A DNA stretch of 64,000 bases from Micavibrio sp. (GCA_044238965.1 JBIICJ010000001.1:2089-66088), one strand, 5' to 3'. Counted from the stretch's first letter, positions 20,283 through 28,808 are shown. Translations and numbers: made by a program. The notes: a model not told the origin generated them from the sequence alone.

Positions 20283-20299
20283 TGCGAGTTCCGTGCCAG
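20283..20299 (-). promoter_or_regulatory. Sigma54 promoter upstream of flgI
   Basis: The minus strand reads CTGGCACGGAACTCGCA (TGGCAC-N5-TCGC, with GG/GC at correct spacing). It lies about 30 nt upstream of the flgI ATG. Confidence 0.6.
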
Positions 20300-20325
20300 T
20301 TTCGGGCGCAAATGATTGGGAATGA

Positions 20326-20355
20326 ACGGGATTTGACGGGAAATAACGGGATTTA
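20326..20355. repeat. Three tandem 10-bp direct repeats ACGGGAWWTN
   Basis: The sequence is ACGGGATTTG ACGGGAAATA ACGGGATTTA, with ACGGG starting at 20326, 20336 and 20346. It lies between the flgI sigma54 promoter and fliX. Confidence 0.7.
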
Positions 20356-20421
20356 CAAGAAAATCGGGTCGGCAAAATTTTCCCAATGAAATATCTCAAA
20401 AATTTCGGTATAAATATACTC

Positions 20422-20865
20422 ATGAAAATCACAGGTCCTGACGGCCCCAAATCGGTGGGCGGTACGAAAAAAACAGAAAAATCAAAGGGTTCATCCTCAT
20501 TTGGCGATATGCTGGGGGTTGATGAAGCGGCCGAAACCGCCCATTCCATGGGGGCGGGGGCGATTGCCCGTATTGATGTTTTATTGGCGGCGCAAGCCTC
20601 CGAAGACCCAACAGAACGCGCGGCGCGCGGCCGTATGAAAAAACGCGGCGATCAGATTTTGCGCACCCTTGATAAACTCCGCATTGGTATTTTGACAGGC
20701 ACATTGACGGTGGGCAATTTGATTGATGTTGCCGATGTGGTGGCCAGCCACCGCGAAAAATTGAATGATCCCGAATTGGTTGGTATTTTGGATGAAATTG
20801 ATCTGCGCGCCCAAATTGAGGTCGCCAAGATGCGTATGGCGCTGGATGCGTCAAAAATGCTATAG
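20422..20865 (+). CDS. fliX: Flagellar assembly regulator FliX
   Basis: Divergent from flgI, as in Caulobacter. Gly/Ser-rich N-terminus. The C-terminus reads LDKLRIGILTGTLTVGNLIDVADVV...NDPELVGILDEIDLRAQIEVAKM. The start could be the ATG at 20386 or at 20422. Confidence 0.65.
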   Translation: MKITGPDGPKSVGGTKKTEKSKGSSSFGDMLGVDEAAETAHSMGAGAIARIDVLLAAQASEDPTERAARGRMKKRGDQILRTLDKLRIGILTGTLTVGNLIDVADVVASHREKLNDPELVGILDEIDLRAQIEVAKMRMALDASKML

Positions 20866-20950
20866 ATTTGGGTGGATGGTTGCGCGCTGTCCCTTGAATT
20901 TTCCACCGAATCCCGCATAATTTAGGTCACTTTTATAACCCACAAAAGGT

Positions 20951-21388
20951 ATGTTTATGTCAAAAGTAGGTAGCGTTCTGGTTCCGCCAAATTATAAGCC
21001 AACCGACAAAGAAAAATTTATGAATCCTGTCATGCGGGAATATTTTCGCCAGAAATTGATCAAATGGCGTGAGGAATTGTTACGGGAATCGAGCGATACC
21101 ATCGCCCAAACTTTGCAAACAACCGAATTGCAACAACCTGATTTAACTGATCGCGCATCGGCGGAAACCGATCACGCGCTCGAACTTCGCACCCGTGACC
21201 GCGAACGTAAATTGATTACCAAAATCAACGAAGCATTATTGCGCATTGATGATGATACATACGGATATTGCGAAGAAACAGGTGAACCCATTGCCGTGGG
21301 TCGTTTGGATGCGCGCCCAATTGCCACATTATCATTAGAAGCGCAAGAACGTCACGAACGTATGGAACGCACACACCGCGATGATTAA
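20951..21388 (+). CDS. dksA: RNA polymerase-binding transcription factor DksA (single-Cys variant)
   Basis: The coiled-coil tip reads DLTDRASAETDHALELRTRDRERKLI (DxxDxA). The C-terminus YGYCEETGEPIAVGRLDARP has only one Cys, so it is not a full C4 zinc finger. Confidence 0.85.
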   Translation: MFMSKVGSVLVPPNYKPTDKEKFMNPVMREYFRQKLIKWREELLRESSDTIAQTLQTTELQQPDLTDRASAETDHALELRTRDRERKLITKINEALLRIDDDTYGYCEETGEPIAVGRLDARPIATLSLEAQERHERMERTHRDD

Positions 21389-21430
21389 AATCTGTTAACC
21401 GCAGAGGCGCGGGGTTAAAGAGCTTTTTTG

Positions 21431-21468
21431 AAAATCTTCTGATCATATGGTTGGAAGATTTTTTTATT
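21431..21468 (+). terminator. Intrinsic terminator after dksA
   Basis: AAAATCTTC-(14 nt)-GAAGATTTT forms a 9-bp stem and is followed by TTTTATTTAT. Confidence 0.55.
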
Positions 21469-21513
21469 TATAAAATTATCTCCGCCACTCTATCTCTCTG
21501 CGATAAATTTAAT

Positions 21514-21546
21514 CAAAAAAATCCCGAAGGTTTTAAGGCCTTCGGG
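21514..21546 (-). terminator. Intrinsic terminator for the flgH operon (minus strand)
   Basis: CCCGAAGG-(8 nt)-CCTTCGGG. On the minus strand it is followed by ATTTTTTTG. Confidence 0.6.
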
Positions 21547-21570
21547 ACGGAGTTGGGTGGGTAAGGGATT

Positions 21571-21614
21571 CTGTTCACGCGCGTGGTATGGGGATGGGGA
21601 ATGCGCGTGAACAG
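21571..21614 (-). other. Perfect 12-bp GC-rich inverted repeat just downstream of the flgH stop
   Basis: CTGTTCACGCGC-(20-nt G-rich loop)-GCGCGTGAACAG, located 17 nt past the flgH stop. Confidence 0.6.
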
Positions 21615-21631
21615 ATAGGGGAAAACAGGGT

Positions 21632-22402
21632 TTAGAATGGCATCAACACATCCATAACTTGTTGGCCGTAACGTGGTTGCTGCACATCGGTAATTTGACC
21701 TTTGCCGCCATATTGAACACGGGCTTCGGCAATTTTTTCGTATGAAATGGAATTATCAATGCCGATATCTTCGGGACGGATAATACCTGCCAATTTCAAT
21801 ACGCGATTTTCGAAATTCACGCGGACTTCTTGTGCACCATGAATGACCATGTTTCCATTAGGCAGAACTTGCGATACAGTTGCAGCCAATTTCATTTCAA
21901 TTTTTTCTTCACGATCAACTTCGCCTGAGCCACGATGGCTTGAATCTGAACTTGCGCTGGTGAGATTATTTAGATCCAATTCATCGGGTAGAACGCGACC
22001 TAAATCACCTTCGAACCCAAGTAAGTTTGGCAAACCTGCTTGTTCATTTGCGGTACGTGTGCGCGTTGTTTCATTTTTAATTTCACCCTTGTCATCAATA
22101 TCGATCACAACGGTCAAAATATCGCCCACTTCATCGGCACGTTGGTCTTTGAAAATACCTTTGGTTTCACCATTCCACAATGAATTGGCAAGGCGTGGCG
22201 ATTCTTTCTTCACTGGCATGGGCATGGATACAGGTTTGTATCCGTTCATATCTGTTGGGCTAACCATTGCCGATTGCGATGGCGTTTCACCCACAGCTTT
22301 TAAACGATCGGCGGCGCTGCAAGCTGTCAAAGACGATGCTGCCAATAGCAAGCAAACAAAGGGATGCAGAGGAAATTTTTTATCTTTAATTATTTGTGTC
22401 AT
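21632..22402 (-). CDS. flgH: Flagellar L-ring lipoprotein FlgH
   Basis: Lipobox LLAASSLTACSA, plus GDILTVVIDIDDKG and the C-terminus YGGKGQITDVQQPRYGQQVMDVLMPF. Confidence 0.9.
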   Translation of the reverse strand: MTQIIKDKKFPLHPFVCLLLAASSLTACSAADRLKAVGETPSQSAMVSPTDMNGYKPVSMPMPVKKESPRLANSLWNGETKGIFKDQRADEVGDILTVVIDIDDKGEIKNETTRTRTANEQAGLPNLLGFEGDLGRVLPDELDLNNLTSASSDSSHRGSGEVDREEKIEMKLAATVSQVLPNGNMVIHGAQEVRVNFENRVLKLAGIIRPEDIGIDNSISYEKIAEARVQYGGKGQITDVQQPRYGQQVMDVLMPF

Positions 22403-22439
22403 AGTGACCCACCTTTCTTTTTTAATACGCAGTTATCAA

Positions 22440-23438
22440 TTATCGAACCGTTACCGTACGATCACCTGTCACTTCGGCTGTCATTTGTTTTGCCGATGCC
22501 CCGTTGATCACACGAATAAAATCACCTTTGGCACCATTTTGTGATGCTTTGCCTTTAGCGCTTAATAACAGGCCATTATCATCATATTGGATCAATACTT
22601 CATCGCCGCGTTTGACCAATTGTGGTGATGAGATATCACTTTCTTTAATCACGCGACCTGCGGTGATTACGCGATCTGGTGCCATGCCAATCAAATCATC
22701 GGCATCAACAACAGCGTTCGCAATTAATGCACGTTCAGGAACCTGGATATAATCAATATCATTTGCGCTAATCACATCCGATTTTTTCATGGTTTGTTTC
22801 AATACAGGTACAGACACAGTGCGTATGACAGTCCCCATAATTTGTTTGGTGACAACAGGGTTTTGTTTATCGGGCACAGCAATGGTTGCGGTAAATACAT
22901 CGCCATTTTTCGATATATTTAATGATGTAACATCAATGGTTGGCGCAACCGATGTTGGTAATGTTACCGATACATTGGGATCGTTTAATGTTAATGTAAT
23001 GTCGCCTGCTTTGCCTGTTTCAGCTAATTTTGTTTTGATCTCTTCAGCGATATCATCAGCTGAAATTGTATATGACGCGCGGCGCACAATTACCTGATCC
23101 ATGTCGGATGCAGGTGTCCAATTCACCTGATGTTTCCGTGCGATCGTTTTTAATGTTTGCGCATTTACAACCATTTCTTTACCCAAACGTGGCGCTTTGC
23201 CAACAATATTATTGGGATTATTTACATCATCAAATAAATCACCCAATTTGACATGATCACCATCAACAGTAGTCATTGCGCGCAATGATGCTGCATTCGC
23301 ATCTGATGTGGTAAAGCCAATGAGATATACCAAAGCCAAACTAAGAATGATCAAAAGCGATAGGCTTTGTAACGTCATCAAACCAATTGTTTTTAGGGAA
23401 TGTTTTTTTAATTTGCGTTGGTATTTTGTCATCGACAT
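22440..23438 (-). CDS. flgA: Flagellar P-ring assembly chaperone FlgA
   Basis: Signal peptide followed by a C-terminal SAF-type region RVITAGRVIKESDISSPQLVKRGDEVLI. A strong SD GGAGGA lies upstream, and the gene sits between flgG and flgH. Confidence 0.75.
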   Translation of the reverse strand: MSMTKYQRKLKKHSLKTIGLMTLQSLSLLIILSLALVYLIGFTTSDANAASLRAMTTVDGDHVKLGDLFDDVNNPNNIVGKAPRLGKEMVVNAQTLKTIARKHQVNWTPASDMDQVIVRRASYTISADDIAEEIKTKLAETGKAGDITLTLNDPNVSVTLPTSVAPTIDVTSLNISKNGDVFTATIAVPDKQNPVVTKQIMGTVIRTVSVPVLKQTMKKSDVISANDIDYIQVPERALIANAVVDADDLIGMAPDRVITAGRVIKESDISSPQLVKRGDEVLIQYDDNGLLLSAKGKASQNGAKGDFIRVINGASAKQMTAEVTGDRTVTVR

Positions 23439-23447
23439 GTCCTCCGC

Positions 23448-23624
23448 TTATACGTTGCTGTCTAATAATGCCATGGCATCTTGAAACGATGCGGCAATTG
23501 AACTTGGCTCTACGGTTAAACCCGCAACGATTAATGTGGCCACGCCCGCGATCACGAGCACACTGCGCACTGTTTGTCCGATGATTTCGTTTAAAAACTG
23601 ATCTTGGATATAATGTTTTCTCAT
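23448..23624 (-). CDS. Small membrane protein (58 aa), below the ORF-track cutoff
   Basis: My translation is MRKHYIQDQFLNEIIGQTVRSVLVIAGVATLIVAGLTVEPSSIAASFQDAMALLDSNV, with one TM segment. An SD AGGTAGGGA lies upstream, and a consensus sigma54 promoter sits 31 nt upstream of its ATG. Its TAA stop is 9 nt before the flgA ATG and in the same frame. Confidence 0.45.
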   Translation of the reverse strand: MRKHYIQDQFLNEIIGQTVRSVLVIAGVATLIVAGLTVEPSSIAASFQDAMALLDSNV

Positions 23625-23654
23625 GATCTTGTCCCTACCTTCGTTTTTTATAAT

Positions 23655-23670
23655 TGCAAGCCCCGTGCCA
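23655..23670 (-). promoter_or_regulatory. Consensus sigma54 promoter (TGGCAC-N5-TTGCA) in the flgG-flgA gap
   Basis: The minus strand reads TGGCACGGGGCTTGCA, an exact match to the -24/-12 consensus. Confidence 0.7.
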
Positions 23671-23707
23671 TATTCCCACTAGGTGGGGCTTGCCGCTAAG
23701 TCATTGA

Positions 23708-24493
23708 TTATCTTAGTCTATTGACTGTATCCATCATCTCATCGGATGTTTTGATGATGTTTGAATTCAGCTCATAGGCACGTTGTGCGGTGATTAACAG
23801 GGTAATTTCTTTCACCGAATCCACGTTTGATTGCTCCAAAAGCCCTTGGCGGAGCGCGCCAAAATTATCTGATCCTGGATTACCGACAGTTGCAGCGCCT
23901 GAGGCTTCGGTTTCAAGGAATAAATTATCGCCCATGGCCTCTAATCCGGCTGGATTGACGAAATTCGCCAATTGAATTTGACCCAAATTTTGCGGGGCGA
24001 CTTGGTTCGGCAGGGTTGCAAATACTTCACCTTCGCCATTGATCTGAACCGAAATGGCATCAGTTGGGATAGTGATATTGGGGTTAACGCGATACCCTTC
24101 GGATGTTACAATTTCACCATCGCCATTACGACCGAATGATCCCGCACGGGTATAGGCGGTATCACCATTCGGTAATTCAATTTGGAAAAATCCACGACCA
24201 TTAATCGATACATCCAAATCATTATCAGTAATTTGCAATGTACCTTGTTCATGAATGCGGTATGTTGCGGCAGGACGAACACCCAAACCTAACGAAATAC
24301 CTGATGGTGCAATATTACCATTTGTCGATGTCTGTGTACCAGGACGATCAAGATGTTGATAGATCAAGTCTTGAAATTCCAAACGTTGACGTTTGAAACC
24401 AGTGGTTGTCATGTTGGCAATGTTGTTTGAAATTGTATCAACATTCATTTGTTGGGCGAGCATCCCAGTTGCGCCGATGTCTAATGATCTCAT
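23708..24493 (-). CDS. flgG: Flagellar distal rod protein FlgG
   Basis: The N-terminus is MRSLDIGATGMLAQQMNVDTISNNIANMTTTGFKRQ. The C-terminus reads LEQSNVDSVKEITLLITAQRAYE. Confidence 0.95.
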   Translation of the reverse strand: MRSLDIGATGMLAQQMNVDTISNNIANMTTTGFKRQRLEFQDLIYQHLDRPGTQTSTNGNIAPSGISLGLGVRPAATYRIHEQGTLQITDNDLDVSINGRGFFQIELPNGDTAYTRAGSFGRNGDGEIVTSEGYRVNPNITIPTDAISVQINGEGEVFATLPNQVAPQNLGQIQLANFVNPAGLEAMGDNLFLETEASGAATVGNPGSDNFGALRQGLLEQSNVDSVKEITLLITAQRAYELNSNIIKTSDEMMDTVNRLR

Positions 24494-24520
24494 GTTATGT
24501 TCTCCTACCTATACCTTTAT

Positions 24521-25249
24521 TTAAGCGTTTGTTTGCAATAGTTTTTGAATGGTGCCACGTTGACGTTCATCTTCGCCCATGACCATTCTCATCGTGGATT
24601 GATAATCGCGTGAAATTTCAATCATACGTGTCATTTCCAAAACGGAATTTACATTTGATCCCTCAATTGATCCTTGGATCATGCGCGTGTTTAATGCGGG
24701 GCGTGGCGGTTCTTCGGCTTTGTATAAACCGTTACCTTGGGGTTTCAGTGTTTGCAGGTTATCGAATTCTACCATCGCGATTTGCCCAACTGGATTATTG
24801 TCGGCAACAACGTCCCCTGTCGGCAAAATTTTCACTTCTTGTGTGCCTTCGGGAATGGTGATGGCTGATCCACCATTTCCTGATACTAAATATCCAACGG
24901 AGTTGACCAATTGGCCTCTGTTATTAACGGCAAAATTTCCACCGCGTGTGTATTGCACGTCGCCCGATGGTGTGGTCACACCCATAAATCCATCGCCCTC
25001 TAATGCGACATCATAAGTGCCGCCTGTCATTTGTAATGGCCCTGCCGTAGTGGTAGAAAACTGCCCAAAATCATAAACCATCTTAAGGGGCTCACGTTCG
25101 CCAGGTGGCTTTGAAATATATTCATTAAATAATGGGTTTTGCCCACGATACCCAGGGGTTGAAAGGTTGGCGACGTTATTGGCAATCATAGCCATTGACC
25201 GTTCTAAAACGACCTGCCGTGATAACCCTACATAAAGCGAATTTTCCAT
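24521..25249 (-). CDS. flgF: Flagellar proximal rod protein FlgF
   Basis: The ATG at 25249 (SD AGGAA) gives MENSLYVGLSRQVVLERSMAMIANNVANLSTPGYR. The C-terminus reads IEGSNVNSVLEMTRMIEISRDYQ. Confidence 0.9.
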   Translation of the reverse strand: MENSLYVGLSRQVVLERSMAMIANNVANLSTPGYRGQNPLFNEYISKPPGEREPLKMVYDFGQFSTTTAGPLQMTGGTYDVALEGDGFMGVTTPSGDVQYTRGGNFAVNNRGQLVNSVGYLVSGNGGSAITIPEGTQEVKILPTGDVVADNNPVGQIAMVEFDNLQTLKPQGNGLYKAEEPPRPALNTRMIQGSIEGSNVNSVLEMTRMIEISRDYQSTMRMVMGEDERQRGTIQKLLQTNA

Positions 25250-25323
25250 GTTCCTAATCCCATATGTTTTGGCGGTTTTTTCCGCCTTTTGAATGTTCTT
25301 GTCATTCCTATGGGAAGGGAATT

Positions 25324-25339
25324 GCACAAACCGTGCCAG
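25324..25339 (-). promoter_or_regulatory. Sigma54 promoter upstream of flgF-flgG
   Basis: The minus strand reads CTGGCACGGTTTGTGC (TGGCAC-N5-GTGC, correct GG/GC spacing). It lies about 75 nt upstream of the flgF ATG. Confidence 0.55.
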
Positions 25340-25449
25340 TTTTGGGTTTATACATATGTATAGGTAGGGGCAAAGACCTATTGCACCGTTTTTATTTTAC
25401 CGTACACTATCGATATTCGTATTCGATTCCAAATAGATAGGTGATCCCC

Positions 25450-26040
25450 ATGGCTGGCAAAGCGATTGAAGAAGTCAAAGACGGCGACGATATTGCGCCC
25501 ATCGATGATGGCGCAGGTAAAAGTAAGAAAAAAATGATTTTAATGATCGCGGTGCCGCTGATCTTATTAATCGGCGGTGGTGCGGCGGCCTATTTTACGG
25601 GGATGCTTGATAAATTAATGGGCAAGGGCGAACATACGGAAGCGGGGGCCGAAGGCAGCGCTGAAGGCGGTGAACATGGAGCCGAGGCCGCCAAAGACGG
25701 CGAGCCAAAAGTTGATGAACATGGTAACCCGATTGAGGTCGCGTTCTTAAAAATTCCTGACATGATTGTAAATTTGAACTCCGATGACGGATCAGCGCGA
25801 TATTTACGTTTATCCGTTCAATTAGAATTAGAAAGCGAAGCCGACCGCGTGGCGGTGGAAAAAGTTCTCCCCCGTGTTGTTGATCAATTCCAAACATATC
25901 TGCGGGAATTGCGCGTGCAGGATTTGCGCGGATCAAAAGGGATTTATCGCCTACAACTGGAGCTTTTAAACCGCGTCAACCAAGCGGCGGCGCCTGTGCA
26001 GGTCAAAGATGTCCTTTTTCAGGAAATTCTGATACAATAA
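25450..26040 (+). CDS. fliL: Flagellar basal-body-associated protein FliL
   Basis: ATG at 25450 with SD AGGTGA. Single TM segment. Contains FLKIPDMIVNLNSDDGSARYLRLSVQLELES and VQDLRGSKGIYRLQLELLNRVN. Confidence 0.85.
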   Translation: MAGKAIEEVKDGDDIAPIDDGAGKSKKKMILMIAVPLILLIGGGAAAYFTGMLDKLMGKGEHTEAGAEGSAEGGEHGAEAAKDGEPKVDEHGNPIEVAFLKIPDMIVNLNSDDGSARYLRLSVQLELESEADRVAVEKVLPRVVDQFQTYLRELRVQDLRGSKGIYRLQLELLNRVNQAAAPVQVKDVLFQEILIQ

Positions 26041-26144
26041 TAAGACGTATGTATGGTGCTTTGAAGGGGCGGGCAGAAATTGGCGCGTTTCTTGAAAGGG
26101 CATGAATCAAACCACATATTATATAATTAGGGATTTATCATAAG

Positions 26145-27254
26145 ATGGCTGAGACCACGACTGCCGAAACCGAACAAATGTCCGACGAAGAACGCCGGAT
26201 GATGGCCGAATGGGAATCCATGGCGGCCACTGACGGCACGGCCGATAACGCAGGTGAAGATGATGACATGGCGGCCGCAATGGGTATGGGCGGCGATACG
26301 CGTATTTTAAACCAATCTGAAATTGACTCACTTCTTGGATTTGACTCAGGCGACAGCGGCGCAGAAACATCGGGCGTGATGGCGCTTGTCAATGCCGCGC
26401 TGGTCAATTACGAACGATTGCCGATGCTTGATATCGTGTTCGATCGTTTGGTACGATTAATGTCAACATCATTGCGGAATTTGACATCGGATAATGTCGA
26501 AGTATCACTCGATCAAATTTCCACCGTTCGTTTTGGTGATTATCTCAATTCCATTCCGCTTCCCGCGATGCTCTCGGTATTCAAGGCGGTCGAATGGGAT
26601 AATAACGGCATGATCGTTGTTGACAGCGCGCTTATCTATTCCGTTGTTGATGTATTGCTTGGTGGTCGTAAGGGCACACCATCTATTCGCGTGGAAGGTC
26701 GTCCCTATACAACAATCGAAACGCGTCTTGTGGAACGTATGTTAAATGTAACATTGTCAGATATGTCGACAGCGTTTGATCCCTTATCGCCCGTCACATT
26801 TAATTTAGACCGTATGGAAACCAATCCGCGGTTTGCGGCAATTACCCAAAGCGGAAATGCCTGCGTTCTCGTGCGCATGCGCGTTGATATGGGTGATCGT
26901 GGTGGGCGCATTGAAATTTTGATTCCGTATGCCACGCTTGAGCCTATTCGTGAATTGCTCCTTCAAATGTTCATGGGGGAAAAATTTGGTCGCGATTCGA
27001 TTTGGGAAACACACTTGACGAATGAATTATATACAACTGATGTCGCGCTTCAGGCTGTGCTTGGTGAAAAATCGGTTATGTTGCGTGATATGTTATCGTG
27101 GAAAAAGGGAACGCTCATCATGTTTAATACCAAACCTGATGATATGATCGAATTACGATGTGGTGATTTCCCCATGTTCACGGGGCCAATGGGATCAAAA
27201 GAAGGTAATATTGCGGTAAAAATTGACCGTTATATTCCGCCACAACAAGAATAA
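26145..27254 (+). CDS. fliM: Flagellar motor switch protein FliM
   Basis: 369 aa with the N-terminal CheY-P binding-type peptide ILNQSEIDSLLGF, a middle FliM domain and a C-terminal SpoA-like domain. Confidence 0.9.
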   Translation: MAETTTAETEQMSDEERRMMAEWESMAATDGTADNAGEDDDMAAAMGMGGDTRILNQSEIDSLLGFDSGDSGAETSGVMALVNAALVNYERLPMLDIVFDRLVRLMSTSLRNLTSDNVEVSLDQISTVRFGDYLNSIPLPAMLSVFKAVEWDNNGMIVVDSALIYSVVDVLLGGRKGTPSIRVEGRPYTTIETRLVERMLNVTLSDMSTAFDPLSPVTFNLDRMETNPRFAAITQSGNACVLVRMRVDMGDRGGRIEILIPYATLEPIRELLLQMFMGEKFGRDSIWETHLTNELYTTDVALQAVLGEKSVMLRDMLSWKKGTLIMFNTKPDDMIELRCGDFPMFTGPMGSKEGNIAVKIDRYIPPQQE

Positions 27255-27294
27255 ATTATTTTTTATACTTCTGAATTTATCTGCGTGAAAGGGA

Positions 27295-27843
27295 ATGGGA
27301 ATGTCATACGGGTTATTTCTCGATCTTGTGATTATCGTGTTATTGGGCGCAACGATTTTTTATGCGATGCGCCTCACGCGTTATTTGGAACAATTTCGTT
27401 CCAACCGCGCCGATATGGAACGATTGATCCGCGATTTATCCATGCAAATTACCCGCGCGCAAGAAGGCATAGGCACATTGGATCATTTGGCCAAAGAAAG
27501 TTCTGACGAATTGCGCACACTTTTAAATAAAGGTCGATCGTTATCTGATGAATTACAATTAATCACCGAGGCTGGCGATAGTCTAGCCACGCGTTTGGAA
27601 CAATTATCAGTGCGCGCACGTACGGGTTCAGATCCTTATGAAACGAAATATGAATCAAAATATGAATCGCCATCGCGTGAAGCCCCCGTATTTGCTGCAC
27701 CGTCGCGGTCTGCACCTTCATCGGCTTCGTTATTTGCTATTCGTGATCCTGATTTTGAACATGATGATGACGGCACGGATGATGATTTAGGTTCACAGGC
27801 TGAAAAAGATTTGGCCCGCGCGCTACGTAAACGTAATAAATAG
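27295..27843 (+). CDS. Hypothetical membrane-anchored coiled-coil protein (between fliM and motE-like)
   Basis: An N-terminal TM (LFLDLVIIVLLGATIFYAM) is followed by a helical region and an acidic tail. It is tightly packed in the fliLM operon. I am not confident of any family. Confidence 0.6.
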   Translation: MGMSYGLFLDLVIIVLLGATIFYAMRLTRYLEQFRSNRADMERLIRDLSMQITRAQEGIGTLDHLAKESSDELRTLLNKGRSLSDELQLITEAGDSLATRLEQLSVRARTGSDPYETKYESKYESPSREAPVFAAPSRSAPSSASLFAIRDPDFEHDDDGTDDDLGSQAEKDLARALRKRNK

Positions 27844-27851
27844 GAAATAAA

Positions 27852-28808
27852 ATGAATGATTTTATGAAACAATTTTGGGAAAAATTTCGCTTATTGCCAT
27901 TATTAGTGGTTGTGGCTTCGCTTGCATTTCTCATTCGCGTAGGAGAGGCGAGTTTACAAGTGCGCCAGTTGTCAGGTTCTGCTAACGCCCAAGTTGTTGC
28001 CGATGATAAGGCCAAAGACCAGCCGACGGAAACATCTGATAAAAAACCCGATGATACAAAAACAGATAGGCCCAAAGACACAACCAAAAAGCCTGAAATT
28101 GACTTGCCGTCAACAGATACAGCTATGAAAGATGCCGAACCTGCTAAAGAAGGCGCGGCAAAGGATGCACAGGTTGATCCCAAAAAAGATTTAGCCAAAA
28201 CACCCAAAACCGATTGGAAAGACGCATCTGACAATGATATTGATTATTCCGCAGTTCGCCAAGATGTATACAAAGATTTGTTACAACGCCGCCAACAACT
28301 CGATGCGCGCGAAAAAGAATTGAAAAAGCGCGAAGCCTTGATTGCGGCAACAAATACTGAAATTTCAGGGAAGGTGAAAGAGCTCACCACCTTAAAAACT
28401 GAAATTGAAAAATTGATGAAAAAGCAAACTGACGAAGAGCAGGAAAATGTAACCCGTCTTGTGCGTATTTATGAAGGCATGAAACCCAAAGATGCCGCGC
28501 GGATTTTTAATGCGTTGGATATGGATGTGCTTGTATCGGTTTTGGGTAAAATGGGCGAAAAAAAATCGGGTGCGATTATTGCGGCAATGGACGCTGAAAA
28601 GGCGCGCACTGTTACTTTGATGCTATCTGAGCAAAAGAAGTTACCCGATCTGAATATGGGGAGTGGCGATTCGGCTTCGTCTGACCAGATGGATCCAGTG
28701 GATTTGCCTGCATTAGGCCAAGAGCGTGACCAAAGTGACGCAGAACAGCCGCCACCTGCTCCACCTCTAACAAATGATACACAATCGGATGCGCAGCCAC
28801 CTGCCTAA
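27852..28808 (+). CDS. MotE-like protein (MgtE-N/FliG-type helical domain)
   Basis: TM anchor, Lys/Asp-rich linker and coiled coil. It then reads RIYEGMKPKDAARIFNALDMDVLVSVLGKMGEKKSGAIIAAMDAEKARTVTLML, which resembles rhizobial MotE. SD AGGAA is present. Confidence 0.65.
   Translation: MNDFMKQFWEKFRLLPLLVVVASLAFLIRVGEASLQVRQLSGSANAQVVADDKAKDQPTETSDKKPDDTKTDRPKDTTKKPEIDLPSTDTAMKDAEPAKEGAAKDAQVDPKKDLAKTPKTDWKDASDNDIDYSAVRQDVYKDLLQRRQQLDAREKELKKREALIAATNTEISGKVKELTTLKTEIEKLMKKQTDEEQENVTRLVRIYEGMKPKDAARIFNALDMDVLVSVLGKMGEKKSGAIIAAMDAEKARTVTLMLSEQKKLPDLNMGSGDSASSDQMDPVDLPALGQERDQSDAEQPPPAPPLTNDTQSDAQPPA

Noticed and set aside
21843-22544. 233-aa plus-strand ORF spanning flgH and the flgH-flgA junction
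   Set aside because: It is antisense to two well-supported genes. It is Ser/Arg/Cys-rich as expected for an antisense frame, has no SD, and matches no recognisable family.
25367-25385. GGGGCA…TTGCA upstream of fliL that resembles a sigma54 promoter
   Set aside because: The GG and GC elements are 2 nt too far apart compared with the TGGCAC-N5-TTGC geometry, which is normally invariant.
26081-26095. TGGCGC-N5-TTGA upstream of fliM
   Set aside because: The spacing is correct, but the nearly invariant -12 GC is GA. fliM is also probably co-transcribed with fliL. I was not confident enough to list it as a promoter.
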